Of a stretch of DNA of 64,000 nucleotides, positions 37,628 through 46,243 are shown piece by piece. The position numbers were made by a program, and so were the translations under genes. Every line of letters starts with the position of its first letter. Positions within the stretch are counted from its first letter, which is position 1. Under the pieces are notes generated by a model that was not told the DNA's origin, searched no databases, and was given only the letters and a program-made list of their open reading frames with translations. The stretch is from Candidatus Heimdallarchaeota archaeon (GTDB lineage Archaea; Asgardarchaeota; Heimdallarchaeia; Heimdallarchaeales; Heimdallarchaeaceae), in contig JABCTC010000018.1 in NCBI GenBank assembly GCA_018238545.1, forward strand, positions 6,310-70,309, written 5' to 3'.

Positions 37628-38698
37628 ATGTCTTTTGAGATCATTAACTTCGTTCCAAAAGAAGCAAATGAAGAATTATTAGAATCTTACTTTGATTTTG
37701 CTGAAACAACGTTTATGGAGATTTATCCTACAGATCCTTTAGTTCCAAGAGTTCTTCATCTTAAGCTATTATTGATAACTAGAACAGGAGAGAAAGTAAT
37801 TAGAAAATTAGCTCGATCTAGTAAATCAGGAGAGATAATCGGTCGACTTTATCTAATGATTATTACTGAAGAAAACACTGGATTTAAAGAAAACAAACAT
37901 TCAGTTGAAATTCACATCAATGTTCTCAATGACTTGAGATATAAGAGTATAGTACAAGAATTCCTCATAGAAGCAATTAAGGAATTACAATGCTATGAAT
38001 ATGTAACAACAGTTGACACTTGCAGTTACTTAGAAAGAGATTGGGCTTTCTGGGAAGGATTAGGAGCTAAAATGGCTCTAGAAGGTGCACAAAATCGATT
38101 ATTCATGGAAGATATCGATTGGAGCATGATAAAAGAGTGGAGGCATGGAGGACATGAACTTGCTAAGAAAGAGCAAGTTGATCTTTTTTCCTTTGAAAGA
38201 TGTCCAGAAGAAATTATACTCGAATATACAACCACTTACAGTGAGATTATACGCTTAATGCCATTAGGTGAATTCGATTACATTCCTGAACCCACAACAC
38301 CCTTCACAAGACGAGAAAAAGAAGAAAATCATAAAAAAACAGACCACAAATGGTATACACTTGCTACAAGAGAAAAAAATGGAGAGATAAGTGGGTTGAC
38401 AGAGATTCTCTATACAGAATCCAGCCCCCATAAAGTTGAACAGATGCTAACAGGAGTAAAACCTGAATATCGAGGAAGAGGTTTGGGGAAATGGTTAAAG
38501 GCTGAAATGATGGTTTTCATAAAAAATGAATTCCCAGAAATTGAATTTATATCGACTGGAAATGCTGATATGAATGCACCCATGATTTCAATTAATGATA
38601 GGATGGGTTTCAAAAGAGTTCTCACAGAAAAATGTTATATAATAAAACTTGAAAAATTAAAAAAACTGATGTCTATCAATATTAATAAAGAGAAATAG
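37628..38698 (+). CDS. GNAT-family N-acetyltransferase domain protein
   Basis: C-terminal VKPEYRGRGLGKWLKAE is GNAT motif A (R/Q-x-x-G-x-G/A). An N-terminal region of about 230 aa has unknown function. Confidence 0.6.
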   Translation: MSFEIINFVPKEANEELLESYFDFAETTFMEIYPTDPLVPRVLHLKLLLITRTGEKVIRKLARSSKSGEIIGRLYLMIITEENTGFKENKHSVEIHINVLNDLRYKSIVQEFLIEAIKELQCYEYVTTVDTCSYLERDWAFWEGLGAKMALEGAQNRLFMEDIDWSMIKEWRHGGHELAKKEQVDLFSFERCPEEIILEYTTTYSEIIRLMPLGEFDYIPEPTTPFTRREKEENHKKTDHKWYTLATREKNGEISGLTEILYTESSPHKVEQMLTGVKPEYRGRGLGKWLKAEMMVFIKNEFPEIEFISTGNADMNAPMISINDRMGFKRVLTEKCYIIKLEKLKKLMSININKEK

Positions 38699-38714
38699 AA
38701 AAACAAAAGTATCG

Positions 38715-39710
38715 TCAAGTTTTCAGGGGTGACTCTAGTTCCAAATCAGCCCATTTTCCGCAACGGCTGCCCCATCTTGCAATTAGTTCATTATTCTGTC
38801 TTATTTCAACAATCTCGCAAACGTTAGGACAACCATCACACTCGAAACCTCTTGATTCAAATGATTGGTTTGGAATATCCCAACCATGAAATTTAGATTT
38901 TCCACCATTTTTCTTCATAGTTTCTTGTGCAAGAATAGCAGCTCCAATTGCGCCCATTACATCATAGTGTTTTGGAATAATTACTTTGTAACCAAAAGTT
39001 TTCTCAAAAGATTCTTTTATCCCTAGATTTGCAGCAACTCCACCTTGAAACATTATAGGATAAAGTATTTCCTTTCCTTTTCCCACATTATTAAGATAGT
39101 TCCTCACTAAAGCTTCGCAGAGACCTTTGATGATATCATTTGTTGAATGACCTAATTGTTGTTTGTGAACCATATCACTTTCCGCAAAAACTGTGCATCT
39201 TCCAGCTATAGCTACAGAGTTGTCCGATTTGAGAGCACAAGCTCCAAAGTTCTCTATTGGAACATTCAATCGTCTAGCTTGCTGATCAAGAAAAGAACCT
39301 GTTCCAGCTGCACATACTGTATTCATGGCAAAGTCTATTGCAACACCATTTCGTATAATAATGATTTTACTATCCTGTCCCCCTATTTCAATTATAGTCT
39401 GAATATCGGTACGTTCATTTAACGAAGCCAAAGCATGAGCAGTAATTTCATTTCGTACAATATCAGCTCCGATGAGGACACCTGTAAGTCGTCTAGCACT
39501 TCCAGTAGCTCCAGCACCAGCAATTTCATAATGCTTCCCGAGTTTTTCTCTCATCTGTCGGATACCCTTTTGCACAGATTCTATCGGTTTACCTTCAGTT
39601 CTAATATAGATTGACTCTATTACTTCTCTTTTTTCATTTATCAAAGCAACATTGGTGCTTATAGACCCAACATCTACTCCAAGATAGTATTTCTCTACCG
39701 CTTCTGTCAT
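38715..39710 (-). CDS. BadF/BadG/BcrA/BcrD-family ATPase (2-hydroxyacyl-CoA dehydratase activator HgdC-like) with Cys-rich C-terminal extension
   Basis: YYLGVDVGSISTNVALI (the ASKHA N-terminal phosphate-1 motif, as in HgdC MSIYTLGIDVGSTASK), then internal AGATGSARR and GGVAANLG glycine motifs. An extra 70 aa at the C-terminus carries CDGCPNVCEIVEI...CGKW. Confidence 0.7.
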   Translation of the reverse strand: MTEAVEKYYLGVDVGSISTNVALINEKREVIESIYIRTEGKPIESVQKGIRQMREKLGKHYEIAGAGATGSARRLTGVLIGADIVRNEITAHALASLNERTDIQTIIEIGGQDSKIIIIRNGVAIDFAMNTVCAAGTGSFLDQQARRLNVPIENFGACALKSDNSVAIAGRCTVFAESDMVHKQQLGHSTNDIIKGLCEALVRNYLNNVGKGKEILYPIMFQGGVAANLGIKESFEKTFGYKVIIPKHYDVMGAIGAAILAQETMKKNGGKSKFHGWDIPNQSFESRGFECDGCPNVCEIVEIRQNNELIARWGSRCGKWADLELESPLKT

Positions 39711-40013
39711 TCAATTCGACTCCGTTTTCTTCTTTTTATAAATCTACAAATGCTTCCGGTCTTGTTTGAAATCTTACTTTTCTTGTATGTGTATTTTCTA
39801 CGAATCAGAGGATAAGATTACTATTTTCCCTTCTAACTTGAAGAGCAATACTACTATAAAAATTTTCAACTATGGATAATAAATAATTTGGGAGTGGTGA
39901 AAGAAAACCTACTTCATTCTTCGCAATTGGAATAAATAACTCCAATATGAAAATGATGAATTGCTATCTGTTGAAGCAAGATTTATATCTTAATTTACAG
40001 TTAATATTTCATC
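39711..40013. promoter_or_regulatory. 303-bp divergent intergenic region between activase (-) and aor (+); probable promoters
   Basis: AT-rich, with several TATA-like tracts (tttttataaatc, ctataaaaat). No ORF of meaningful length. Confidence 0.3.
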
Positions 40014-41933
40014 TTGAATGATACAACTCCAAAGTATAAAGGGTATAGAAATCAAGTTTTGGTTATAGATTTAACAAAAAATAAAATTGAAAAAAAAGCT
40101 CTAGGCATCTCTCTAGTTGAAAATTATCTAGGAGGGCGGGGTATAGCGATCAAATATCTTTTTGACAATCTTGAGCAGGGTATTGATCCTCTAAGTCCTG
40201 AAAACATTCTTGTTATAGGAACGGGCCCACTTACTGGGACTTTGGCCCCGTCTTCAAATCGCTATACGATTGCTGCTAAATCCCCGTTAACTGGAGGAAT
40301 CGGTTATGCGAATGCTGGTGGGCATTTTGCGCCTGAGCTAGCCTATGCTGGATATGATGCTATTTTCATCCATGGAAGAGCAAAAACACCCGTATATATT
40401 CAAATTGAGGATGATGTTGTTAAGATTCAAGATGCTCAACATCTCTGGGGAAAAGATGTTTGGGAGACAGATGAGTATTTCAGAGAAAAACTTGGTGAGG
40501 AAATACAAATCCTATCTATTGGTCAAGGAGGAGAAAATCTTGTCCGTTATGCTGCTATTTTAAACAACCTCTCTCGAGCAGCTGCAAGAACTGGTGTTGG
40601 CGCTGTAATGGGTTCTAAAAACCTTAAAGCTATCACAGTTCAAGGTTCGGGGGTTGTAGAAGTTAATGATGCTGAAAAATTTGACGCATTAATTGATGAA
40701 ACTTTGGAGAAAATTTATGCTGATCCTGCTTACCCCAGTTTGTCCTATTATGGGACATCCTTTCTTGTAGATCTTGCATATATTAGTGGTGGATTAGCTA
40801 CAAGGAATCACCAAACAGGCATTTTTGAACACTATGAAGAGATATCAGCGGAAACCTTTGATGAAAAATACAAAGTAAAATCGGAAAGTTGCTTTGCATG
40901 TCCAATTCATTGTGGGAAATACTCCAAAGTAACTACAGGGAAGTACGCAGGTACAAAAGGAGGTAGCCCAGAATATGAAACAGTTGTTTGTTTAGGCTCA
41001 AAGTGTGGTGTAGGAAACCTTGCTGCAATACATCATGCAAATGAACTTTGTAACAAATATGGTATAGACACAATTTCTGCTGGGGATGTCATTGCTTTTG
41101 CAATGGAAGCATATGAAAAAGGAGTGTTTACAAAAGAAGATACTGATGGATTGGAACTTGTGTGGGGGAATGAGGATGCTATGATAGAGTTGATAAAGAA
41201 AATCGCTTTTAGAGACGGGATAGGTAATTTACTAGCAGAAGGATCCAAGAGAATAGCAGCAAAAATCAATAAGGGTTCTGAAGATTATGCTCATCATATA
41301 AAGGGGATGGAACCACCTGCATACGATGTAAGAACTGCTAAAGCATTTGGATTGGGATGGGCAACTGCAACCAGAGGAGCGGATCATCTTGCAGCTTTAC
41401 CAAATTTTGAACTACTCGGATACGAACCTGAAGTTGGCGTTGAGTGGTTCGGTTCAGAAAAAGCAGTTGATCCTCATGCGTGGGAAAGTAAACCTCGGAT
41501 GGTTGTCTGGCATGAAAATTTAGGTGCGATTGTAGATTCAGCTGAAATGTGTAAATATACTTGTTTCTCAGCTTATGCCGTGAAACCTGAAGACATGGCC
41601 AGATTTATTGCATATGGAACAGGTATGGAATTGAATGCTAAAGATCTTATGAGGATAGGAGAAAGAATCTACAATTTAGAACGATTATTCAATTTAAGAG
41701 AAGGGATAGGAAAAGATCAAGATAGGTTACCAAAAAGATTTACTGATGAGCCTCTACCAGAAGGTCCAGCTAAAGGGCAAGTTGTAGAACTGGATAAAAT
41801 GTTACCCGATTATTACAAACTCCGAGGATGGGATTGGGAAACAGGATATCCAACAAAAGAGAAATTGCTAGAACTTGGATTAATAGAAGAAGCAGAAAAA
41901 TATAATTTGGTATCAAGGAGGAATGGACAATGA
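40014..41933 (+). CDS. aor: Tungsten-containing aldehyde:ferredoxin oxidoreductase
   Basis: Near-collinear similarity to the Pyrococcus AOR N-terminus: GRGIAIKYLF...DPLSPENILVIGTGPLTG...KSPLTGG...AGYDAIFIHGRAKTPVY...GVGAVMGSKNLKAI. Conserved cluster and pterin ligand regions are present (CFACPIHCGK). Confidence 0.92.
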   Translation: MNDTTPKYKGYRNQVLVIDLTKNKIEKKALGISLVENYLGGRGIAIKYLFDNLEQGIDPLSPENILVIGTGPLTGTLAPSSNRYTIAAKSPLTGGIGYANAGGHFAPELAYAGYDAIFIHGRAKTPVYIQIEDDVVKIQDAQHLWGKDVWETDEYFREKLGEEIQILSIGQGGENLVRYAAILNNLSRAAARTGVGAVMGSKNLKAITVQGSGVVEVNDAEKFDALIDETLEKIYADPAYPSLSYYGTSFLVDLAYISGGLATRNHQTGIFEHYEEISAETFDEKYKVKSESCFACPIHCGKYSKVTTGKYAGTKGGSPEYETVVCLGSKCGVGNLAAIHHANELCNKYGIDTISAGDVIAFAMEAYEKGVFTKEDTDGLELVWGNEDAMIELIKKIAFRDGIGNLLAEGSKRIAAKINKGSEDYAHHIKGMEPPAYDVRTAKAFGLGWATATRGADHLAALPNFELLGYEPEVGVEWFGSEKAVDPHAWESKPRMVVWHENLGAIVDSAEMCKYTCFSAYAVKPEDMARFIAYGTGMELNAKDLMRIGERIYNLERLFNLREGIGKDQDRLPKRFTDEPLPEGPAKGQVVELDKMLPDYYKLRGWDWETGYPTKEKLLELGLIEEAEKYNLVSRRNGQ

Positions 41934-42430
41934 CTGAACAATTAGTTAAGAGGCGTATCTTTGCACAAAAAGAAAAGTGTAATGGATGTCGAATATGTGA
42001 ATTGAGATGCTCATTTTATCATGAAAAATTATATGCCCCCTCACATTCTAGAATTAGAGTAAAAAAGGTAGAAATCGAGGGAACGGCCATCCCAGAAACC
42101 TGTAGATTATGCTATAAGTGCATTGAATCATGCCCAGAAGATGCAATATCAAAGTCAGAGATAACAGGAGCTATTCAAATTGATGAACAAAAATGTACAG
42201 GTTGTGAGGAGTGCGTGAAAGCTTGTCCTTTTGGAGTTATGCACATGCACCCAGTTTCTAATATTGCTATGACTTGTGATCTATGTGATGGTAACCCTCA
42301 ATGTGTGATATATTGCCCTGAAACAGCTTTACATTATATGACAGCTAAAGAATTTTCTGAATATAAGAAAAAAGAAAAAGAAAATATTGAAGCTGGTCGA
42401 GTTCCAAAATTTTCCCCTATACCTGAGTGA
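41930..42430 (+). CDS. 4Fe-4S ferredoxin-domain protein (polyferredoxin, AOR-associated)
   Basis: Four Cys clusters: CNGCRICELRC, CRLCYKCIESCP, CTGCEECVKACP and CDLCDGNPQCVIYCP. The ATG overlaps the aor stop (ATGA), and a strong SD (AGGAGG) lies 9 nt upstream. Confidence 0.85.
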   Translation: MTEQLVKRRIFAQKEKCNGCRICELRCSFYHEKLYAPSHSRIRVKKVEIEGTAIPETCRLCYKCIESCPEDAISKSEITGAIQIDEQKCTGCEECVKACPFGVMHMHPVSNIAMTCDLCDGNPQCVIYCPETALHYMTAKEFSEYKKKEKENIEAGRVPKFSPIPE

Positions 42431-42441
42431 AAAATAATTTT

Positions 42442-42726
42442 CTACCCACCAGCTATAGCGGGCATAATTACAAACATATCTTCATCTTCTAATTTAGTAT
42501 GAAAACCATCCAGCAAATTGATGTTTCGACCATTCACAATAATACGATAAATAGATTTTATTTTCCCTAATTCATCAAATAATTCATCCTTCAACTCTTT
42601 ACCATACTCCTCAAGAAGTTTATCAAGTAAATCTTCAACAGATTCAGCTTCCATAGTGAACTGTTTTTTACCAATTATCTTCTTAATATTAGCAAAAGTT
42701 ATGACGTTGATTACGCTCATTAGCAT
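42442..42726 (-). CDS. MoaD/ThiS-family ubiquitin-like protein (C-terminal Gly-Gly)
   Basis: Protein of about 92 aa ending ...MPAIAGG, with the beta-grasp pattern (...ESVEDLLDKL...IVNGRNINLLDGFHTKLEDEDMFVIMPAIAGG). Plausibly the sulfur carrier for tungstopterin synthesis, or a SAMP. Confidence 0.7.
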   Translation of the reverse strand: MLMSVINVITFANIKKIIGKKQFTMEAESVEDLLDKLLEEYGKELKDELFDELGKIKSIYRIIVNGRNINLLDGFHTKLEDEDMFVIMPAIAGG

Positions 42727-42805
42727 TCTCTCATCTACATATCATAAAAAATTAGGTAACTTAAATAAATGTGTTTCAGTTTAGTAAATGAAATCAAATA
42801 ACCAC

Positions 42806-44521
42806 TTATTCTACCTCATCTTCTTCTTGAATCTTATCTTTTAGCTGCTTCAATTCATTTTTCAGATCAATTATATCTTCTTTCAGATTATTCATTTCAT
42901 AATCTAGCTCATGGATATCCTTGGTAATTTTGCTAACTTTCTTAAAATCATCTTCAGAATCTATTTGACACAGCATAGTTTTTTGTATGCTTAATTCTGT
43001 TTCTAATTCTTTATACAAGGTCTCTAATTGCTTATCCTTGAGCATAATTTCTTCCCGTGTTCTCTCTAACCTTCCTCTCTCCTTCTTCAATTTCTTAATA
43101 AGTTCAAGAAGCTCGCTACGACATTTCTCAAGATCTGTTTTGTTGCTTACTGAGTTATCTTGACAATCACAAATATCTTCATCTAATTTTTCTAGCTCTT
43201 TTTCATATTTCTTTATTTTCTTTTCATCAGTTTCTGTAGCTAGCAATATCTTAATCTCTTTCATGTCTCGCTCTTTTTCTTTGATTTCTGTTTTTAATTC
43301 ACTTATATCTTCTTTGTATTTTTGCTCAGTTTTGTTATACTTCTCTATCTCTTTCTCAAGATCCTCGATTTTCTTTTCAAATTCCTTTAGCTCTTTATCC
43401 TTATCTGAGGATGTGAGTTTTACCTCTTCGATTTGATTATTAAGTGTAAGTATTTCATGTTCAATTTGAGCGAATTTATCAAAATCTTCCTTAATGTCGA
43501 CAATTTCTTTTAGATTCTTTTCCTTTTCTAGCTTAGCTTCTAATTCCTTGTATCTCTCTTGTATTTGAAGATCTTTAGATTGGATTTCAATTTCTACACT
43601 AGTAATCCTACTTTTGTCAGCTTCTAGCTTCTGTTTAAGATTATCGAGTTCGATCTTTATGTCTAGAACTTTTTGTTCGGCAATCTCGGATTTCTCTGCA
43701 ATTTCCTCAGTTTCTGCAATTAGAACCTGAAGTTTAGATGCATCCTTTTCTTCTTCAGGAGCGTTTTCTAATATTTGTTTCTTTTTGTTATTTTCACGTA
43801 AAGTTCGATTCAAATCCTTAACAGTATCTTGTTTGATTTTGACCTCTTTAGAGACCAACTCAATTCTTTCCTCTTCAAGAACAAGTTTATCCTTAATTTG
43901 TGATGTTTCTTCTACTGACTGTTCTTTTTCAACTTCTAATTTTTTGATACTATCTGTTAATTCTTGGATTTCTAGCTCGATTTTTTCTATATTTGATATA
44001 TCTGATTTGGATGCGCCTAATAGGGTTTGAAGTTCTTTCTGTTTAGCTAATTTCTCATCCATGTTTTCATAAAGATGCTTTAAATCTCTATCTTTCCTTC
44101 GAATATCTCGTTCGATCAAATCCATTTGACCTATATCCATTAATTTCTCAATTTTTGTGACATACCTCTTGATAGAATTGATTTGAAGTTCTCCGTCAAC
44201 AACAAGTTTTCTAAAAAACAATGCTAAATTAGAGTTTTCACCAAGTCTTATGAAAAGAATGTCAACACTTTCAGTATCGAATAATAACTGAGTATAATTT
44301 TTGAAATCATAATTACAAATTTCATAGAGTTTTCTGAAGCTAGAAAGAATATCAGCTAAATCTTCACCTAGTTTTGGTATGTTTACTGATTCTTCAAATT
44401 GCTCAAATGTGGTTTGAAAAACTGTTCCATCGTCGAAAAACATAGCTATGTGTTCGACTTCTGGGAGTGCTCTTCTAATTCTATCTATTGTTTTATGTAT
44501 TTTTTGTGCCATTTTTTTCAC
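42806..44521 (-). CDS. Roadblock/LC7-like N-terminal domain fused to a long coiled-coil region of about 450 aa
   Basis: N-terminus EHIAMFFDDGTVFQTT...DLADILSSF...LLFDTESVDILFIRLGENSNLALFF fits the roadblock pattern. The remainder is E/K/L-rich heptad-like sequence throughout. The start is either the GTG at 44521 or the ATG at 44512, 1-10 nt from the upstream permease stop. Confidence 0.6.
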   Translation of the reverse strand: MKKMAQKIHKTIDRIRRALPEVEHIAMFFDDGTVFQTTFEQFEESVNIPKLGEDLADILSSFRKLYEICNYDFKNYTQLLFDTESVDILFIRLGENSNLALFFRKLVVDGELQINSIKRYVTKIEKLMDIGQMDLIERDIRRKDRDLKHLYENMDEKLAKQKELQTLLGASKSDISNIEKIELEIQELTDSIKKLEVEKEQSVEETSQIKDKLVLEEERIELVSKEVKIKQDTVKDLNRTLRENNKKKQILENAPEEEKDASKLQVLIAETEEIAEKSEIAEQKVLDIKIELDNLKQKLEADKSRITSVEIEIQSKDLQIQERYKELEAKLEKEKNLKEIVDIKEDFDKFAQIEHEILTLNNQIEEVKLTSSDKDKELKEFEKKIEDLEKEIEKYNKTEQKYKEDISELKTEIKEKERDMKEIKILLATETDEKKIKKYEKELEKLDEDICDCQDNSVSNKTDLEKCRSELLELIKKLKKERGRLERTREEIMLKDKQLETLYKELETELSIQKTMLCQIDSEDDFKKVSKITKDIHELDYEMNNLKEDIIDLKNELKQLKDKIQEEDEVE

Positions 44522-44522
44522 A

Positions 44523-45992
44523 TTATGAAATAATTAAAGATCTGAATCTATTTATCCCTCGACTAATATTCGATTTTGCCTGTTCAGTACCAAATTTGGA
44601 GATTATAAAAAGTATTCCAATTGATAGAAGAACAGCGAAAATCATAATCAAACCGACGTAGTATGTATCTATTGAAAAGAAAGTAAAATAGGCTGTGCCT
44701 AAGTATAATTGAAGAAGTGTTGTAGTAAATCCTAGTTTCCAAAAGGTTTTCATTTTTATTGGACGATTGTGTTGTTCAGCAATATTGAGAACAAGGATAT
44801 TGTCACCTAGAGGAGTCAAATTATCTCCCCAATTTGCACCCACTGAGAGTCCATAGAAGACACTTGCATTAGTATTCATAGCTTGTACAAGAGGTATCAT
44901 AACCTTGGTAATTGGTATATTATCTATCAAAGAACTGAGAAATGCAGATAACCATACCAATATTATGATTTGAAATGTAGGATTAATTGAACTAATTCCG
45001 CCAAGCAGATTACCTAAGAGATCGATAATTCCAACAGTTTCCATAGCTCCAGCTAGAACGAATATACCTAGTAAATAGAGTATCAATTCTAAATCAAAGT
45101 TTTTTATGATTTCCTTTGGTTTTATACCAAAAATTGCACTAAAGATTGTTAATATCATCGCTACAGTAAATGCGAAGATATCGGGAGGAACAGCATCTGC
45201 TGGGATTACAGGTCCAATTAGTACGAAACCTACCATTAAGATCCCTATACTAGCCATTGACGCATACAGTAGTTTTTTACTCTGCACAAAATTCCAAACA
45301 TTGAATTCATCTAAGGTATCTACTAATCTTTGTCTTGGACTATCACGGAAATCTTTCCAATACATAAATATGAAAAACAGCAAAGTAATTCCAGCCATTG
45401 CCATCGAGAATAAACCTACATTAAGAAAATATTCTATAAAAGTAATTTCAGCAGCTGTTACTATGAGGATGTTAGGGATAGAGGATATAGAAAAGAATGT
45501 CCCACCTATATTTACTAAAATTGCTTCAGTCAAAATATATGGTGTTGGATCTATTTTTAGAATACGAGATATAGTGATAGTGAGTGGAATCAGTATCATC
45601 ACTGTCAAAATATTGTTAATAACAGCAGAGAATAGCACTGATATTGTACAGAGAATTGACATTAGAGCGATAGGTTTGCCTTTAGAGAGTTTTATCGCAA
45701 GTATGCCTAGAAACTGAAATAAACCTGCTTCAGCTGAAACTTGAACAATAAACATCATGCCAAGAATTAGGATCAAAGAATGAAGGTTAACAAAACCATC
45801 TGTAGGAGTTCCGAATAATAGATCAACAATAATGGAAAAATCTTTTCCTTCTATAAATATTAAAACAAAATAAGTTACTACCGCAGCTGTAAGAGAAGCT
45901 ACAGCTCTATTTAGTTTATCAGAGAAAATTAGAAAAATGACGATAAAAAAGCAGAAAGCGATAATTATCTGACTTGCTAAAATTTCATTCAC
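44523..45992 (-). CDS. Polytopic membrane permease (ArsB/NhaD-type ion transporter superfamily-like)
   Basis: 489 aa with about 12 hydrophobic segments and an internal-repeat architecture. Classification is by size and topology only. Confidence 0.5.
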   Translation of the reverse strand: MNEILASQIIIAFCFFIVIFLIFSDKLNRAVASLTAAVVTYFVLIFIEGKDFSIIVDLLFGTPTDGFVNLHSLILILGMMFIVQVSAEAGLFQFLGILAIKLSKGKPIALMSILCTISVLFSAVINNILTVMILIPLTITISRILKIDPTPYILTEAILVNIGGTFFSISSIPNILIVTAAEITFIEYFLNVGLFSMAMAGITLLFFIFMYWKDFRDSPRQRLVDTLDEFNVWNFVQSKKLLYASMASIGILMVGFVLIGPVIPADAVPPDIFAFTVAMILTIFSAIFGIKPKEIIKNFDLELILYLLGIFVLAGAMETVGIIDLLGNLLGGISSINPTFQIIILVWLSAFLSSLIDNIPITKVMIPLVQAMNTNASVFYGLSVGANWGDNLTPLGDNILVLNIAEQHNRPIKMKTFWKLGFTTTLLQLYLGTAYFTFFSIDTYYVGLIMIFAVLLSIGILFIISKFGTEQAKSNISRGINRFRSLIIS

Positions 45993-46243
45993 CTATCTAA
46001 TTCATTGAACACTCTAAATAGCTATTTAATTAAACAAATAGACCAATTATTTTGTCTTCACACGAGAGTTGCAAAGATAGTTATAAAACATTCCGAAAAG
46101 ACAGTTGAATTCTTAAGTAACTATAGATGAGTAAAAAAAATTAAATTTATTTTTGTATTTCTTTCTTCAATAATTTGGAAGTAAGGAAATAACCTGTAAA
46201 AAAATCAAAATAAAAAGGGGGAGAAAAAAAGAAAAAATAAAGT

